Shown: piece after piece, positions 34,806 to 44,616 of the stretch
Layout: each line of letters opens with the position of its first letter
How positions within the stretch are numbered: the first letter of the stretch is position 1
NCBI GenBank assembly: GCA_026396115.1
Contig: JAPLXL010000005.1
Coordinates: forward strand, 137,316-201,315
Direction: 5' to 3'
DNA length: 64,000 bases
Source of the DNA: Candidatus Nealsonbacteria bacterium
GTDB taxonomy: Bacteria; Patescibacteriota; Minisyncoccia; Minisyncoccales; RBG-13-42-11
Program-made: the position numbers and the translations under genes
Notes under the pieces: generated by a model
Told to the model about the DNA's origin: nothing
Databases searched by the model: none
Seen by the model: only the letters and a program-made list of their open reading frames with translations

Positions 34806-37687
34806 AAAAATATTTTTTGAAAAAAAAGATTATAATTCTCTTTTCAATAATAATAACGGTAGTTTTAATCGCCGGCCTTTTCATTGTTTTTGATTTTAAT
34901 TTAGAAAATTTAACAGTTAAAAAAGGCATCCAAATGACTAAAAATAAAGCCCGAATTTTTGCCCAAGAAATCTCTCTTTCTTTTATGCCTCGTTTTCCTC
35001 AAAGATTGATGTATTTAGCCGGAGAAATGACAATCCTTACCCAGAACCTGGTTAATTTTAACGAAAAATTGAATGAACTTACAGAAGAATGTGGTTGTCA
35101 ATATGCCGAATCGCAATGTCAACAGAGTAAAATCTTGGGAGTCCAAGTAGGATGCAAACCCGGAAAGATTAAAACTTTTAGCGACCCTTGCCCCCATAGA
35201 GAAGAGATTGAAGACAGGCAATTAGATATCCAGATGAAAATAGAACAATTTTCTTATTTACAAAAATTACTCAAAAAAGAAATGGAGGTAGGATTGGAAA
35301 AAGAATTAAAAACTTTAAGGCCGGAAGTGGCTGAAGAATTAAAAGATAATTTAAATAAACTTCTTGAGTTAAATCAAGACGCTATTCTTTCGGCCTCATC
35401 TACCTACCCTTTACCTCTTCAATGTACGGCTGACAAATGCCAAGCCCAATGTCAACAGGGATCCAGTTTCAGCCTGAAGGCTTGTCTCAATCCCGGTGAG
35501 CAAAAACCAATGGAAGCGATATTTGAAGCCGGAGTGGGTTTGAATGATTTAGAACTCGGCGAAATAGGAATTAAAAATATCAATTTAGGATTACCGGAAG
35601 AAATTGAATTAAAAGACCTGGCTGAACTTTCTTCATTCACTATTTCTTTGCCAAGCGTTAATATCACTTTTCCTGAAATTACAATTGCTGAGTTTCAAGC
35701 AGGAGCATCTCTCGATCTTTCCGGCCGACCTATTATCTTCAATCCACCTTCACCAACAATTCCTCAGCCACCCTTATTGGAGTTATCCTGTCCAAAATTG
35801 CCGCCCTATGAACCATCCACTTTTTCCCAAACTTCCTTAGCCCAAACAATTGGTGATTTTCCGTTTAGGACGTTAGGCTGTGGCTGTTCTCCTAGTTGGT
35901 CAATTACTGTGGAAGAAGAGTCCGTAGATTATGTTGACGTTGAGTGGTATTTTCAAACTTTTTCCTGGTTATCGGAAAAATGTCAGGAGTTGCCGGGAAT
36001 GGAAGACCAGGGAATTCCAACTGAGAAAATTGAAAAATGTTTTGACCAGGAAAATGTCCATTTGACTATTATTCAAGAATGCGATGATTTTTGGGCAAAT
36101 TATAACCCTGAATCTCCGCCGCCTATTCCGCCAATTTGCAATGCTCTGGGACCGTCTTCTTCGGCAACTCAAATACAACAAGAATGTCAAAATTTATTTG
36201 AACAAGAAGGAGAATCCGCTCCTTCAAATTGCAACCTAAGCGTTTTAAAAGAAAAATGCGAGCAATTAAAAGATGAAGGAATAGAAGAAACTCCTGAGCC
36301 TTGTAAGTTTTTACCCCTCTTTACCGGTCAATTTCCTTCTCCGGACTCTTATGAATTTTCCGGTTCGCCCCAGTTTTCCCCAACCCAAACAATTGCCGAT
36401 TTTCCGCTTAGTATGTTGGGCTGTCCTGCATCTCCTCCCACTCTTCCCAAAATTATTTTTCCTAAAATAGTCATTCCTGATATTAAACTACCACATATTA
36501 AGTTTTGGCCCTTTTTTGATATTAAACTGCCTAATTTTATTTTTGAAGATTTGATTCTGCCTGATTTAGACCTCTGCGATTTAGATAACTGCGCCAATAT
36601 CTTTCCTGATTTAAAATTTCAATTGCCGTATCTTGATATACCGCAAATTATTGTTCCTTCCATTCAACTGCCGGACATCAGCGCTAATATTTCGGGCGTA
36701 GGAGTGATTAAAGTTCCTTTGCCGAGAGTTGAACTTAGCGAAATTGAATATCCGGTTATTTCTTTAAATTTTCTTCAATCATTTAATTTAGGCAATCTTA
36801 TTACTCCGGAATTAGAACTGCCAAGAATTGAATTGCCCCGGCCAAAAGTTCATTTTGCCTTCAAAAGTCTTAATATTGATTTCTTCAATATTCTTTTAGG
36901 ATTGATTGGTCAATTTCTTCCTATTCCATCGGGATGTATCGGCTTTGATTTCCATATAATTCCTCTCTCGATTATTTTTCCTGATTTTTATTTTACCTGG
37001 CCTGCTTTTCCGAGAATTCCAGAAATCCCTTTTTGCGAGAACATAAATGACTTTTGTCAAAAGGCGAAAACCAATTTGAAAGAAGTAACCGATAAAGTCA
37101 AAGAAATAGAAAACCTAGCCAATACAACTTTCCAAAATGAAATTCAGTCAAAACTTAATCTGGCGGCTCAAGAAATAAATCAAACATTAGCCAATGCTAT
37201 TGGAGAACAACTAAATCAGCGCAGCCAAACAATAATAGACGAGATAGAAAAACATATTCAGCTTAACGCAAAAATAGAAGCCGGGGTTTTGAAAATCCCA
37301 CCGCTTTCGATTGAAATGCCAGATATAGAAGTTCCGACTATTTCCTTGTCTGAGATAACCGGTTTGCCGGATAAAATCACTATTCCCTGGCCAGAGAGCT
37401 TGAAAAAAATTATTCTTGAAAAAGAAATAACCTATAAACTCCCGACTATATCTTTAGATAAGCTCAGTTATGAGAAAGAGATTTCAATTAAAATCCCCGG
37501 TTTTCAGATGCCTTCGCTAACAGTTACTTTAGGCTCGCTTCTTAATTATCCTTCTTGTGAAAGCCAGCCGCCTTCTGGCAGCAATCCTTGTCCTACCGGT
37601 CAAATTCAGCAGAAGCTTGAGGAGATTAAACAAGTTAAAGGTGAAATAGAAGAAACTTCCAAAAAGATAATTAATATATTAGAATGA
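34787..37687 (+). CDS. Large Pro/Cys-rich membrane-anchored hypothetical protein (start may be ATG 34802)
   Basis: N-terminal TM helix, many LP/IP periodic segments, Cys clusters, coiled coils. Confidence 0.75.
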   Translation: MVYKKMKKYFLKKKIIILFSIIITVVLIAGLFIVFDFNLENLTVKKGIQMTKNKARIFAQEISLSFMPRFPQRLMYLAGEMTILTQNLVNFNEKLNELTEECGCQYAESQCQQSKILGVQVGCKPGKIKTFSDPCPHREEIEDRQLDIQMKIEQFSYLQKLLKKEMEVGLEKELKTLRPEVAEELKDNLNKLLELNQDAILSASSTYPLPLQCTADKCQAQCQQGSSFSLKACLNPGEQKPMEAIFEAGVGLNDLELGEIGIKNINLGLPEEIELKDLAELSSFTISLPSVNITFPEITIAEFQAGASLDLSGRPIIFNPPSPTIPQPPLLELSCPKLPPYEPSTFSQTSLAQTIGDFPFRTLGCGCSPSWSITVEEESVDYVDVEWYFQTFSWLSEKCQELPGMEDQGIPTEKIEKCFDQENVHLTIIQECDDFWANYNPESPPPIPPICNALGPSSSATQIQQECQNLFEQEGESAPSNCNLSVLKEKCEQLKDEGIEETPEPCKFLPLFTGQFPSPDSYEFSGSPQFSPTQTIADFPLSMLGCPASPPTLPKIIFPKIVIPDIKLPHIKFWPFFDIKLPNFIFEDLILPDLDLCDLDNCANIFPDLKFQLPYLDIPQIIVPSIQLPDISANISGVGVIKVPLPRVELSEIEYPVISLNFLQSFNLGNLITPELELPRIELPRPKVHFAFKSLNIDFFNILLGLIGQFLPIPSGCIGFDFHIIPLSIIFPDFYFTWPAFPRIPEIPFCENINDFCQKAKTNLKEVTDKVKEIENLANTTFQNEIQSKLNLAAQEINQTLANAIGEQLNQRSQTIIDEIEKHIQLNAKIEAGVLKIPPLSIEMPDIEVPTISLSEITGLPDKITIPWPESLKKIILEKEITYKLPTISLDKLSYEKEISIKIPGFQMPSLTVTLGSLLNYPSCESQPPSGSNPCPTGQIQQKLEEIKQVKGEIEETSKKIINILE

Positions 37688-37702
37688 AATAATAAAAAAC
37701 TT

Positions 37703-39049
37703 ATGCAGAGAAAGACAACTTTGAATAAATATTTTTTTCTCATCCTAATTTTATTTTTATTTTTTTTGTTAAGTGATTTTGCTTTGGCTAAGAAATGTAC
37801 AACCGATGCTGAGTGCGCGCCGGCAAGATGTGTAGATGAAAAATGTGTTAAGACCTTAGAGATTGTTTATCCTAAGGTTCCCGGAGCTACTGCCACTCCA
37901 GAAACCGTTGCCACCGGCTTGCCAGAATACGTCAATTATATTTTCCGATTTGCGGTTATTGTCATTGGCTTAATAATTTTTGGTGTTTTGGTTTACAACG
38001 GCGTTATTTATTTGACCTCAGTCGGGGATCCATCCAAAATGACTGATGCCAGAACCGGAATTTTTGCCGGTTTTTTAGGGGCAATTATTTTGCTTTCAGC
38101 TTATCTCATCTTTAATACTATTAATCCTCAATTAACTATTTTAAAAATGGAAGAAGTCCCTGCTCTCAAACCCATCGTCTTCCCAGGCATTTATATTTGC
38201 GCCAATAAGGTAGATGATATAGAAGGAGTTCTCAATAAATACCTTCAAGGTGATCGAGTTGAAGCTGTCGAAGAGCTCCGAAAAATAATAGAGGATAAAA
38301 TCTGCCTAAAAGCTAATTTCTCCGGCAATTTCGAGAATTTTGAAGTGAGTGCGAATAACAATACTTTTTTTGTCATTCCAGCTGAAGAGTCAAAATATGA
38401 TTCCGATAAAGCAACAACCACAACTAAATATGTGTCTAAATATGGATTAATTTTACACGAAAAAGATAATTTTAGCGGCAGATGTTTTCTCGCATTCCAA
38501 GAAAATGATAAAATATATGCATCATCATCTAAAGAAGAATTTAAGCCAATTTCCGGAAATTTTGATAAGTTACCCTCAGATTTCAAAGCCAGATCATTTA
38601 CTCTTTTTAAAGAACCTGACCCTGAACCGGCTCCTGCTGCCCAAGGAGTAATCTTATATAATTGTCTTAGTTATGACCAAACGGGGTGCGCAAAAGATGT
38701 TACGCTTAAAGAAGCTCCTTTCAATACAGGAGGCGCTGATATGAGACAGGTTACGAAAAGTGGACTGGGAGAATTAGCCCAAAATACCCGTTCAGTTAAA
38801 ATTGATCCCAAAGGTTCTTTCTTGGCTCTCCTTTATGAGAAGGACGATTTTGAAGGTAAATGTGAAGTAATTTCTAGCAATGTTGTTGACCTTACCCAAC
38901 ATCCTATTGGTCGTTGTCCGACTGACCTTGCGGGAGCTGGCTGCAATGTTATAGGAATTTGGATTTATAGTCTAGGAGGTCTGCTATCCAACCCTTATTG
39001 TCAGCCCTGTATTCAATCAATGACTGTAATTAAGGGACTAAGACTCTAA
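37703..39049 (+). CDS. Pilin-domain (TrbC/VirB2-like) surface protein
   Basis: Signal peptide; LEIVYP..PETV..GLPEYV.YIF...YLTSVG...TINPQL, paralogous to the N-terminus of ORF 32223. Confidence 0.75.
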   Translation: MQRKTTLNKYFFLILILFLFFLLSDFALAKKCTTDAECAPARCVDEKCVKTLEIVYPKVPGATATPETVATGLPEYVNYIFRFAVIVIGLIIFGVLVYNGVIYLTSVGDPSKMTDARTGIFAGFLGAIILLSAYLIFNTINPQLTILKMEEVPALKPIVFPGIYICANKVDDIEGVLNKYLQGDRVEAVEELRKIIEDKICLKANFSGNFENFEVSANNNTFFVIPAEESKYDSDKATTTTKYVSKYGLILHEKDNFSGRCFLAFQENDKIYASSSKEEFKPISGNFDKLPSDFKARSFTLFKEPDPEPAPAAQGVILYNCLSYDQTGCAKDVTLKEAPFNTGGADMRQVTKSGLGELAQNTRSVKIDPKGSFLALLYEKDDFEGKCEVISSNVVDLTQHPIGRCPTDLAGAGCNVIGIWIYSLGGLLSNPYCQPCIQSMTVIKGLRL

Positions 39050-39054
39050 TTAAG

Positions 39055-40548
39055 ATGAAAAAAAATTATTTTTATCTCCTAATTTTAACTCTTCTTTTTC
39101 TTCTTTTTCCTTTGCCAACTTTTGCCCAATGGACATTCATCCGGGATGCTCTTTTGTTTCTTCCCACCTTGGCAATTGCTGCTATTTTGGCTTTTGTTAT
39201 TTTTCTTAGCGGAGGAATTACTTGGTTAGTGGGTGCAATTCTTAATTGGGTAATCAGCCCCGGGTTTGTCAGTTTAAGTTATACCAGAATTGATGGCCCA
39301 AATCCCAATCCAATAATTGGAATGGGATTAAACATTACCCAAAGTTTTGTTAATTTGGCTCTGGTGGTTATTTTGGTTGTTATTGCTCTTTCCATTGCCC
39401 TGCGATTGGGTGAATACGGCAGTAAAAAAATCTTTGCCAAGCTGCTTATTATTGCCTTATTGGTTAACTTTGCTCCGGTTCTTGTTGGCTTAATAGTTGA
39501 TGCTTCAAATATTGTCATGAACTATTTTTTAAATGCAATTACAGAAGGAGCAATGGATATTGGTTCTCAGGTTTCAGATTTTAGCGCTGGCATTGCGAAA
39601 GTTATTGGGGGGGCTGGCGGCAACATTATGAGCAGATTGGGATTAGTGATGCAGGGGATTACCCAGATTATAGTCAACCTGTCCATGGCTTTTGCTTTTT
39701 TACTTTTTGCCGCTCTTTTCTTGATGAGATATGTAGTCATCTGGACTTTAACTATTTTATCTCCCCTGGCTTTTGTTGCTTGGATTTTACCCGGCACTAA
39801 AAAGCTTTGGAATATGTGGTGGAATCAGCTTATTCAATGGTCAATTATTGGTATTCCCATTGCCTTTTTTCTCTATTTAGGTCTCAATAGTTTTTCCTAT
39901 CTTAGGTCTGCTTTCGTTAGCAATCTTGAAATGCCGGGCATGGAACCGGCAACTGTTGGTTTTTTAAACGAAATTTTCCCTTTTTTCGTTATCATTGTCT
40001 TCCTTATTTTAGGCTTTGCCATCGGTCTTCAAACCGGAGCAATGGGAACTAAGGCAGTGATTAAAGGATTTCAAGCCGCTAATAAAACAGCTCAAAAAAC
40101 AACATTAAAAGCCATCGGACGCGGAACAGCGGCAGTCGGAATGGCAGCCGGAGGAGCGGCAGCCGTAAGTGCTGTTGGAAAGATGCAGAGAACATATACA
40201 GCTGGAAGAGCAAAAGGCCTTTCACCGATAAAAGCGACGGGTGAAGCGGTAAAAAGACAGTGGCAAAGAAGAACGTGGCCGGCAATAAAACAGACGGGGC
40301 AAGTGATAAAAACAACATTAACAACAAAAGCAGGAGCAAAAGCAGGAGCAAAAGCAGGATGGTCTAAGGGGGTGGCTGCCGGAAAAGGAACTTGGTCTGC
40401 TGTTAAGGATATTGCCAAACAAACAGCAATCGCAGGAGCAGTCGCAGGGGGAATAATGAAGAAAAAATCACCAACTCATTGTCCATCTTGTGGAGGCGCT
40501 GCTCCGGCCGGAGCAAGTTTCTGCCCTCATTGCGGAGCTAATTTTTAA
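39055..40548 (+). CDS. Polytopic membrane protein, TrbL/VirB6-like, with Ala/Gly/Lys tail and C-terminal zinc ribbon
   Basis: Multiple TM helices, ALLVNF..L.GLIVD.SN, LMRYVVIW.L.ILSPLAF, CPSCG...FCPHCG. Confidence 0.7.
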   Translation: MKKNYFYLLILTLLFLLFPLPTFAQWTFIRDALLFLPTLAIAAILAFVIFLSGGITWLVGAILNWVISPGFVSLSYTRIDGPNPNPIIGMGLNITQSFVNLALVVILVVIALSIALRLGEYGSKKIFAKLLIIALLVNFAPVLVGLIVDASNIVMNYFLNAITEGAMDIGSQVSDFSAGIAKVIGGAGGNIMSRLGLVMQGITQIIVNLSMAFAFLLFAALFLMRYVVIWTLTILSPLAFVAWILPGTKKLWNMWWNQLIQWSIIGIPIAFFLYLGLNSFSYLRSAFVSNLEMPGMEPATVGFLNEIFPFFVIIVFLILGFAIGLQTGAMGTKAVIKGFQAANKTAQKTTLKAIGRGTAAVGMAAGGAAAVSAVGKMQRTYTAGRAKGLSPIKATGEAVKRQWQRRTWPAIKQTGQVIKTTLTTKAGAKAGAKAGWSKGVAAGKGTWSAVKDIAKQTAIAGAVAGGIMKKKSPTHCPSCGGAAPAGASFCPHCGANF

Positions 40549-40566
40549 AACTTCGTAAAATTATTT

Positions 40567-41043
40567 ATGTCAGAAGAATTTGAAATTCAAAAACTAAAAA
40601 GCGAATACCCGGAATTTTTTGAGCAGGTTTCTCCTGAATTTTTGGAGTTTATTTTTTCTGAAGAAACCTCTTCTAAAATTGCCGAGATTTGTTTGGAAAA
40701 CGGAATAGAAGACGAAGAAAAAATTGAAAAAATTGCTTACCGGGTTACCTTGGCTCTGTTAGAGCAAGTACCAAAAGAAAACTTAACTGAAGTCCTTGAA
40801 AAAGGAGTTGAAATAGATTTTGAAACCGCCGAAAAAATCTCTATTGAGATTAAACAGCTTATCTTTTCACAAATTCCAGAAACTCAACCAAAAGAAATTC
40901 AAAAAGAAGAGGATCAAATAGAAGAAGATGAGATAGAAGAAGATGAACTAACTCAACCGGAAAAACCGTCTCCTCCGGTGACGGAAAAAGAAGAACCTGA
41001 AAAGCCCTCAAAAAAAGATGTTTACCGAGAGCCTGTTGGATAA
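40567..41043 (+). CDS. Acidic hypothetical protein
   Basis: 158-aa ORF ending DVYREPV, co-oriented with the cluster. Confidence 0.7.
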   Translation: MSEEFEIQKLKSEYPEFFEQVSPEFLEFIFSEETSSKIAEICLENGIEDEEKIEKIAYRVTLALLEQVPKENLTEVLEKGVEIDFETAEKISIEIKQLIFSQIPETQPKEIQKEEDQIEEDEIEEDELTQPEKPSPPVTEKEEPEKPSKKDVYREPVG

Positions 41044-41045
41044 AT

Positions 41046-41080
41046 AAAAAGGGAATGACTACTGTCATTCCCTCTAAAAA
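41046..41080. terminator. Hairpin between convergent genes
   Basis: AGGGAATGAC-TACT-GTCATTCCCT. Confidence 0.6.
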
Positions 41081-41088
41081 GCAAACAA

Positions 41089-42258
41089 CTACTTCTTTTT
41101 CTTTTTATGCCTCTTTCTCTGTTTTTTTAGTGTTTCTAGGGCTTCTCGAGCACTTTTCATTACTCTTTCTGTCTCTGGGCTTAATGGTTTTTCTGCATTT
41201 ACTTCTTCTTCTTTTGGTTCTTGTTCTGATTCACCACCCGGTATCCTCTTCCAAGCTCCGATTAGATTAAGAAAAGCTCCTTCCATTCCAGTTGCCCCAG
41301 GCGTTTCAATCCTAAGGTAAGATCTTTGTTCCATTGAAAGTTTTGTCATTGTATTGTCTACAATGGGTTGATGTTTTTGGTAGAAAACTTGGGGATCCGC
41401 CCTGAACTCTGCCTGGACCTCTTCCTCTTTTCTTCCTTCGGCTCTCGTCACCGCTAAAATCACAGTTCCCATTATTTCCTCAGCTCTACCAGCTGCCCTC
41501 ATCTCCTGTTCTTTTTTAGCAGCTCCTGCTTTCTGATATTCCGGTGATAATCCAATGCTTTTAATGTCTATTCCTTGTTTCGCAATTTGCAGCCCCCATT
41601 TAGGAAGAGTTTCTTGAATTAATTTTTCGTCTTTTAACCCAACGATTCCTTCCCCTCCTTCCCAGAGAGTTTCACTTTTACCTTTCAAAGCGATAAATTC
41701 ATCTACTGTCAACATGCTAACTCTCGCCCTCATAAGAGCGTCTATTCTGGCAAGGACATCTTCCAGAGGAGTCGGAGGAGCAATAAAGAGAAACAGAAAA
41801 GGATTCAATATCCGCATCGTTATCAATATCTCAATATCCAGCGGAATTCGTTCTGGAGGTAGGGTCTCTACCTTAAAAATTTTTGTCCAGTAAACCGCTG
41901 GTTTCAACATTACATGTCTAAGCTCTTCATCGTGAAACTGTGGTTTCTCAATTTTCTCTCCTACTTCCTCTACCCGGCGTAGATCGGTCCATCTTAAAGG
42001 ATATTTATAGATTTTATAAAAGGGCCATAAATAAACATACAAGCCACCAAAAATTTGACCATAAAGCTTACTTTCTTTTTTTTTCTTCTTCTCTTTTTTC
42101 CTCCAAATATTCCATTCAACATCCATCCAATGATTTTCCCATTGGAAGATAATTTTATAGAAAGCGCCCGCCTTCATCAGCGCCTGGGCTGTCCCTTCTT
42201 TTACAATAGTGAACCTGACAAACAAAAAAAATACTCCTAATAATATTAACCATTCCAT
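41089..42258 (-). CDS. SPFH/Band 7-like membrane-anchored protein
   Basis: N-terminal TM, FTIVKEGTA, WGL.I...DIK.I.L, Ala/Glu coiled segment; GGAGGTG SD. Confidence 0.65.
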   Translation of the reverse strand: MEWLILLGVFFLFVRFTIVKEGTAQALMKAGAFYKIIFQWENHWMDVEWNIWRKKEKKKKKESKLYGQIFGGLYVYLWPFYKIYKYPLRWTDLRRVEEVGEKIEKPQFHDEELRHVMLKPAVYWTKIFKVETLPPERIPLDIEILITMRILNPFLFLFIAPPTPLEDVLARIDALMRARVSMLTVDEFIALKGKSETLWEGGEGIVGLKDEKLIQETLPKWGLQIAKQGIDIKSIGLSPEYQKAGAAKKEQEMRAAGRAEEIMGTVILAVTRAEGRKEEEVQAEFRADPQVFYQKHQPIVDNTMTKLSMEQRSYLRIETPGATGMEGAFLNLIGAWKRIPGGESEQEPKEEEVNAEKPLSPETERVMKSAREALETLKKQRKRHKKKKK

Positions 42259-42330
42259 TTTCCTTTCACCTCCAATATAGTTTTTAAAGGGCTTTCCTCA
42301 AAGAAAACCCTCCTTTTCCTTGATAATTTA

Positions 42331-42359
42331 CTTATATCACAATATAATATTTTTGTCAA
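42331..42359 (-). promoter_or_regulatory. Putative sigma70 promoter of the SPFH-like gene
   Basis: TTGACA-17 bp-TATAAG on - strand. Confidence 0.6.
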
Positions 42360-42438
42360 ATTTCTTGACATTGTGTTTTTCTTTGATTCTATTTGTGCTA
42401 AAATTAAAAAAGTAGTAAAATAATAAGTAGATAAAATT

Positions 42439-42747
42439 ATGCCCGTTGAAGCTGTTATCCCTAAGAAAAAAGGCGGTTGGTTTCAGAAAATTCCTACCGA
42501 AATTTTTTTATCGCCCGGCGGAATGATTTTGATTTTTTTTGCCCTTATAATTGAAATTATTGATTGGATTCCGCTTCCTTTTGTTGACCAAATATGGGAA
42601 CTACCATTGGAAATAGGTTTCATTGTTTTATTAGTTATAATAGTTAAAGATATCTCCTGGAAATCTTTAGTTATTCCTTTTATTATTGAACGCATTCCCA
42701 TAATAAGCGATATTGTTCCCACTTGGCTTATAAAAATGTTTGCCTGA
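42439..42747 (+). CDS. Small membrane protein
   Basis: Hydrophobic 102-aa ORF ending IERIPIISDIVPTW. Confidence 0.7.
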   Translation: MPVEAVIPKKKGGWFQKIPTEIFLSPGGMILIFFALIIEIIDWIPLPFVDQIWELPLEIGFIVLLVIIVKDISWKSLVIPFIIERIPIISDIVPTWLIKMFA

Positions 42748-42757
42748 AGGATCGGAC

Positions 42758-42785
42758 TTGACAAATTTTAAAAATAAATTACAAT
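42758..42785 (+). promoter_or_regulatory. Putative sigma70 promoter of khpA copy 1
   Basis: TTGACA-16 bp-TACAAT. Confidence 0.65.
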
Positions 42786-42791
42786 TTGACA

Positions 42792-42895
42792 TAGTAGCAA
42801 TTAAGATGTGCCGCGTCTCCGAAAATCTGAAAAGGGAGATAGGCTGATCCGCCTCAGCTTTGAAGCTTCGGCGGGCAAGAAGGTCGGCGCTACTA
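42792..42895 (+). ncRNA. Candidate structured 5' leader RNA of khpA copy 1
   Basis: Closing stem TAGTAGC/GCTACTA; inner stems GTCTCC/GGAGAT, GCTGATC/GGTCGGC, CCGCC..AGCTT/AAGCT..GGCGG. Confidence 0.5.
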
Positions 42896-42938
42896 GCAAA
42901 GATTAATTATCAGTAATTGTCTAAATCCAGAAAGAACT

Positions 42939-43250
42939 ATGACTGAAACAAAAGGAAACGATAAAGAATTCCTTGAGTATTTAGTGAAGGCTTTAGTTGA
43001 TAACCCAGAAGATGTCAAAATCGACCGCAAGGTTGATGAAATGGGAGTTTTGCTTTCTTTGAAAGTGAACTCCGAAGATATGGGTCAGATTATCGGCAAA
43101 GCCGGTTCTACTGCCAGAGCAATTAGAGGTTTGGTTCGAATTGTCGGTCTTAAAAATCACGCCAGAGTGAATTTGAAGATCGAAGAACCGGAAGGTGGCA
43201 GAGAAACTCGAGAAATAAAAACAGAATCTATTGAAGATTTAAAGTTGTAA
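42939..43250 (+). CDS. khpA: KH-domain RNA-binding protein KhpA, copy 1
   Basis: LEYLVKALVDNPEDV, DMGQIIGKAGSTARAIR; upstream of trmD. Confidence 0.9.
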   Translation: MTETKGNDKEFLEYLVKALVDNPEDVKIDRKVDEMGVLLSLKVNSEDMGQIIGKAGSTARAIRGLVRIVGLKNHARVNLKIEEPEGGRETREIKTESIEDLKL

Positions 43251-43270
43251 ACTAAAAGTTTACAATTGCT

Positions 43271-43305
43271 CGAAGACCGTGCTATTATTGATAGTGCGGT
43301 TTTCG
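43271..43305 (+). terminator. Hairpin after khpA copy 1
   Basis: CGAAGACCGTGCTATT-ATT-GATAGTGCGGTTTTCG. Confidence 0.55.
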
Positions 43306-43307
43306 TT

Positions 43308-43380
43308 TACCGAGCTTTCACGGATGAAAGCGAAGGTGAAAATGAAGGCAAACTTCGCAGAAGGAAAACTTCATCGCCTA
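43308..43380 (+). mobile_element. Element copy abutting the trmD start codon, hairpin 2 internally duplicated
   Basis: TACCGAGCTTTCACGGATGAAAGCGAAGGTGAAAATGAAG...CTTCATCGCCTA(TG). Confidence 0.85.
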
Positions 43381-44039
43381 TGATAACATTTGACATTATT
43401 ACCATTTTTCCCAAGATTTTTGATTCTTATTTGAGAGAATCCTTTATAAAAAAAGCAATAGTCAAAGGCTTGCTTAAAATTAACATTCATAATTTAAGAG
43501 ATTGGGCAAAAGACCGCCACAAAACCGTTGATGATAGGCCATTTGGCGGCGGGTTGGGAATGGTCTTAAAGATTGAACCAATATATAAAGCCATAAAGGC
43601 TTTGAAAAAATCCAAAATTATTTTATTTACGCCGAGGGGAAAGAAATTTAATCAAAAAATGGCTTATCAGTTTTCCAAATTAAAGCAGATAATTATTATT
43701 TGCGGCCGTTATGAAGGAGTTGATGAAAGAGTGGCAAAAAAAATAGCCGATGTTGAGCTATCAATAGGCGATTATGATTTAATGGGCGGAGAGTTGCCGG
43801 CTATGGTGGTTATGGAGACAATAGCCAGATTAATCTCCGGAGTTCTTGGAAAGCCCGAATTATTAAAAGAAAGAATTACCAAAGAAAAGGGCTTTATTGA
43901 GTATCCTCAATATACCAGACCGGAGGTTTTTTCGCCCAAAAAAGGAGTAAAATGGCACGTGCCGAAAGTTTTGGTTTCCGGAAATCATAAAAAAATTGAA
44001 GAATGGCGGGAAAAACACCAAAAAATCATTGGGGAATAA
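43380..44039 (+). CDS. trmD: tRNA (guanine37-N1)-methyltransferase (start re-assigned to ATG 43380)
   Basis: FDIITIFP, VDDRPFGGG.GM, CGRYEGVDER, SIGDY.L.GGE, EYPQYTRP, SGNH. Confidence 0.95.
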   Translation: MITFDIITIFPKIFDSYLRESFIKKAIVKGLLKINIHNLRDWAKDRHKTVDDRPFGGGLGMVLKIEPIYKAIKALKKSKIILFTPRGKKFNQKMAYQFSKLKQIIIICGRYEGVDERVAKKIADVELSIGDYDLMGGELPAMVVMETIARLISGVLGKPELLKERITKEKGFIEYPQYTRPEVFSPKKGVKWHVPKVLVSGNHKKIEEWREKHQKIIGE

Positions 44040-44064
44040 GAAAATTTGTGATAAAATAATTAAA

Positions 44065-44119
44065 TACCGAAATGAATCGCAGTTCATTGAAGGTTGAAAT
44101 AAATCAAAGATTCATTGAA
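44065..44119 (+). mobile_element. AT-variant full element copy just upstream of tRNA-Tyr
   Basis: TACCGA-AATGAATCGCAGTTCATT-GAAGGTTGA-AATAAATCAAAGATTCATT-GAA. Confidence 0.7.
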
Positions 44120-44121
44120 TC

Positions 44122-44206
44122 GGGTGCGTGGTGGAGTAGCTAACACACCACTCTGTAAAAGTGGCGCCTTCGGGCTTCGCAGGTGCAATTCCTGCCGCAC
44201 CCACCA
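44122..44206 (+). tRNA. tRNA-Tyr (GTA)
   Basis: GGGTGCG/CGCACCC acceptor, CCACT-CTGTAAA-AGTGG, long variable arm, encoded CCA. Confidence 0.9.
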
Positions 44207-44280
44207 TAAAAATTTAAAATTAAAAATTAAAAAAGAAGAAAAGAAAAAGGAGGCAAAAGGGAAAAATATCGCCGAGGGAC

Positions 44281-44309
44281 TTGACAAGGAAAAATGAATA
44301 TGCTATGAT
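44281..44309 (+). promoter_or_regulatory. Putative sigma70 promoter (extended -10)
   Basis: TTGACA-17 bp-TATGAT with TG. Confidence 0.7.
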
Positions 44310-44616
44310 ATAAATATTAATGAGAAATAGATAGTTCTTACAAATTAAATAAGATAAAAACAATTTCGAGGAGAGAGTCGCAATTGTTTTAAGTCAATTT
44401 TGTAAAAACCATTGGTTATTAAATTTAGTGACCAGAAATATTGTAAAAGGCGACTCTTCCAGAGCCGTCTTTTACTTTTTAAGCACCTTCAAATTAAATA
44501 TGGAGAAACCTCTTTTCTGCCACTGCATTTGGGAATATTGATATGTTCTCAGTTGCGGTGGCAGAAAAAAAGAAAGAAAAAAAATCCGCCCTCGGGCGGA
44601 AAAAGGAGGAAAAGAA

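Noticed and set aside
35841-36424. Near-identical segments as a DGR template/variable repeat pair
   Set aside because: Differences are not adenine-specific, both lie in one ORF, and no reverse transcriptase is present.
40326-40359. (AAAAGCAGGAGC) x ~3 repeat; also the EEKK repeats at the rplL start
   Set aside because: Simple in-frame slippage repeats in low-complexity tails.
43266-43379. N-terminal extension of TrmD in the ORF track
   Set aside because: Consists of a terminator-like hairpin and an element copy; homology starts at ATG 43380.
44084-44297. Short ORFs overlapping tRNA-Tyr (and 47366-47635 over tRNA-Thr/rpmG)
   Set aside because: Shadows of RNA genes or opposite-strand genes.
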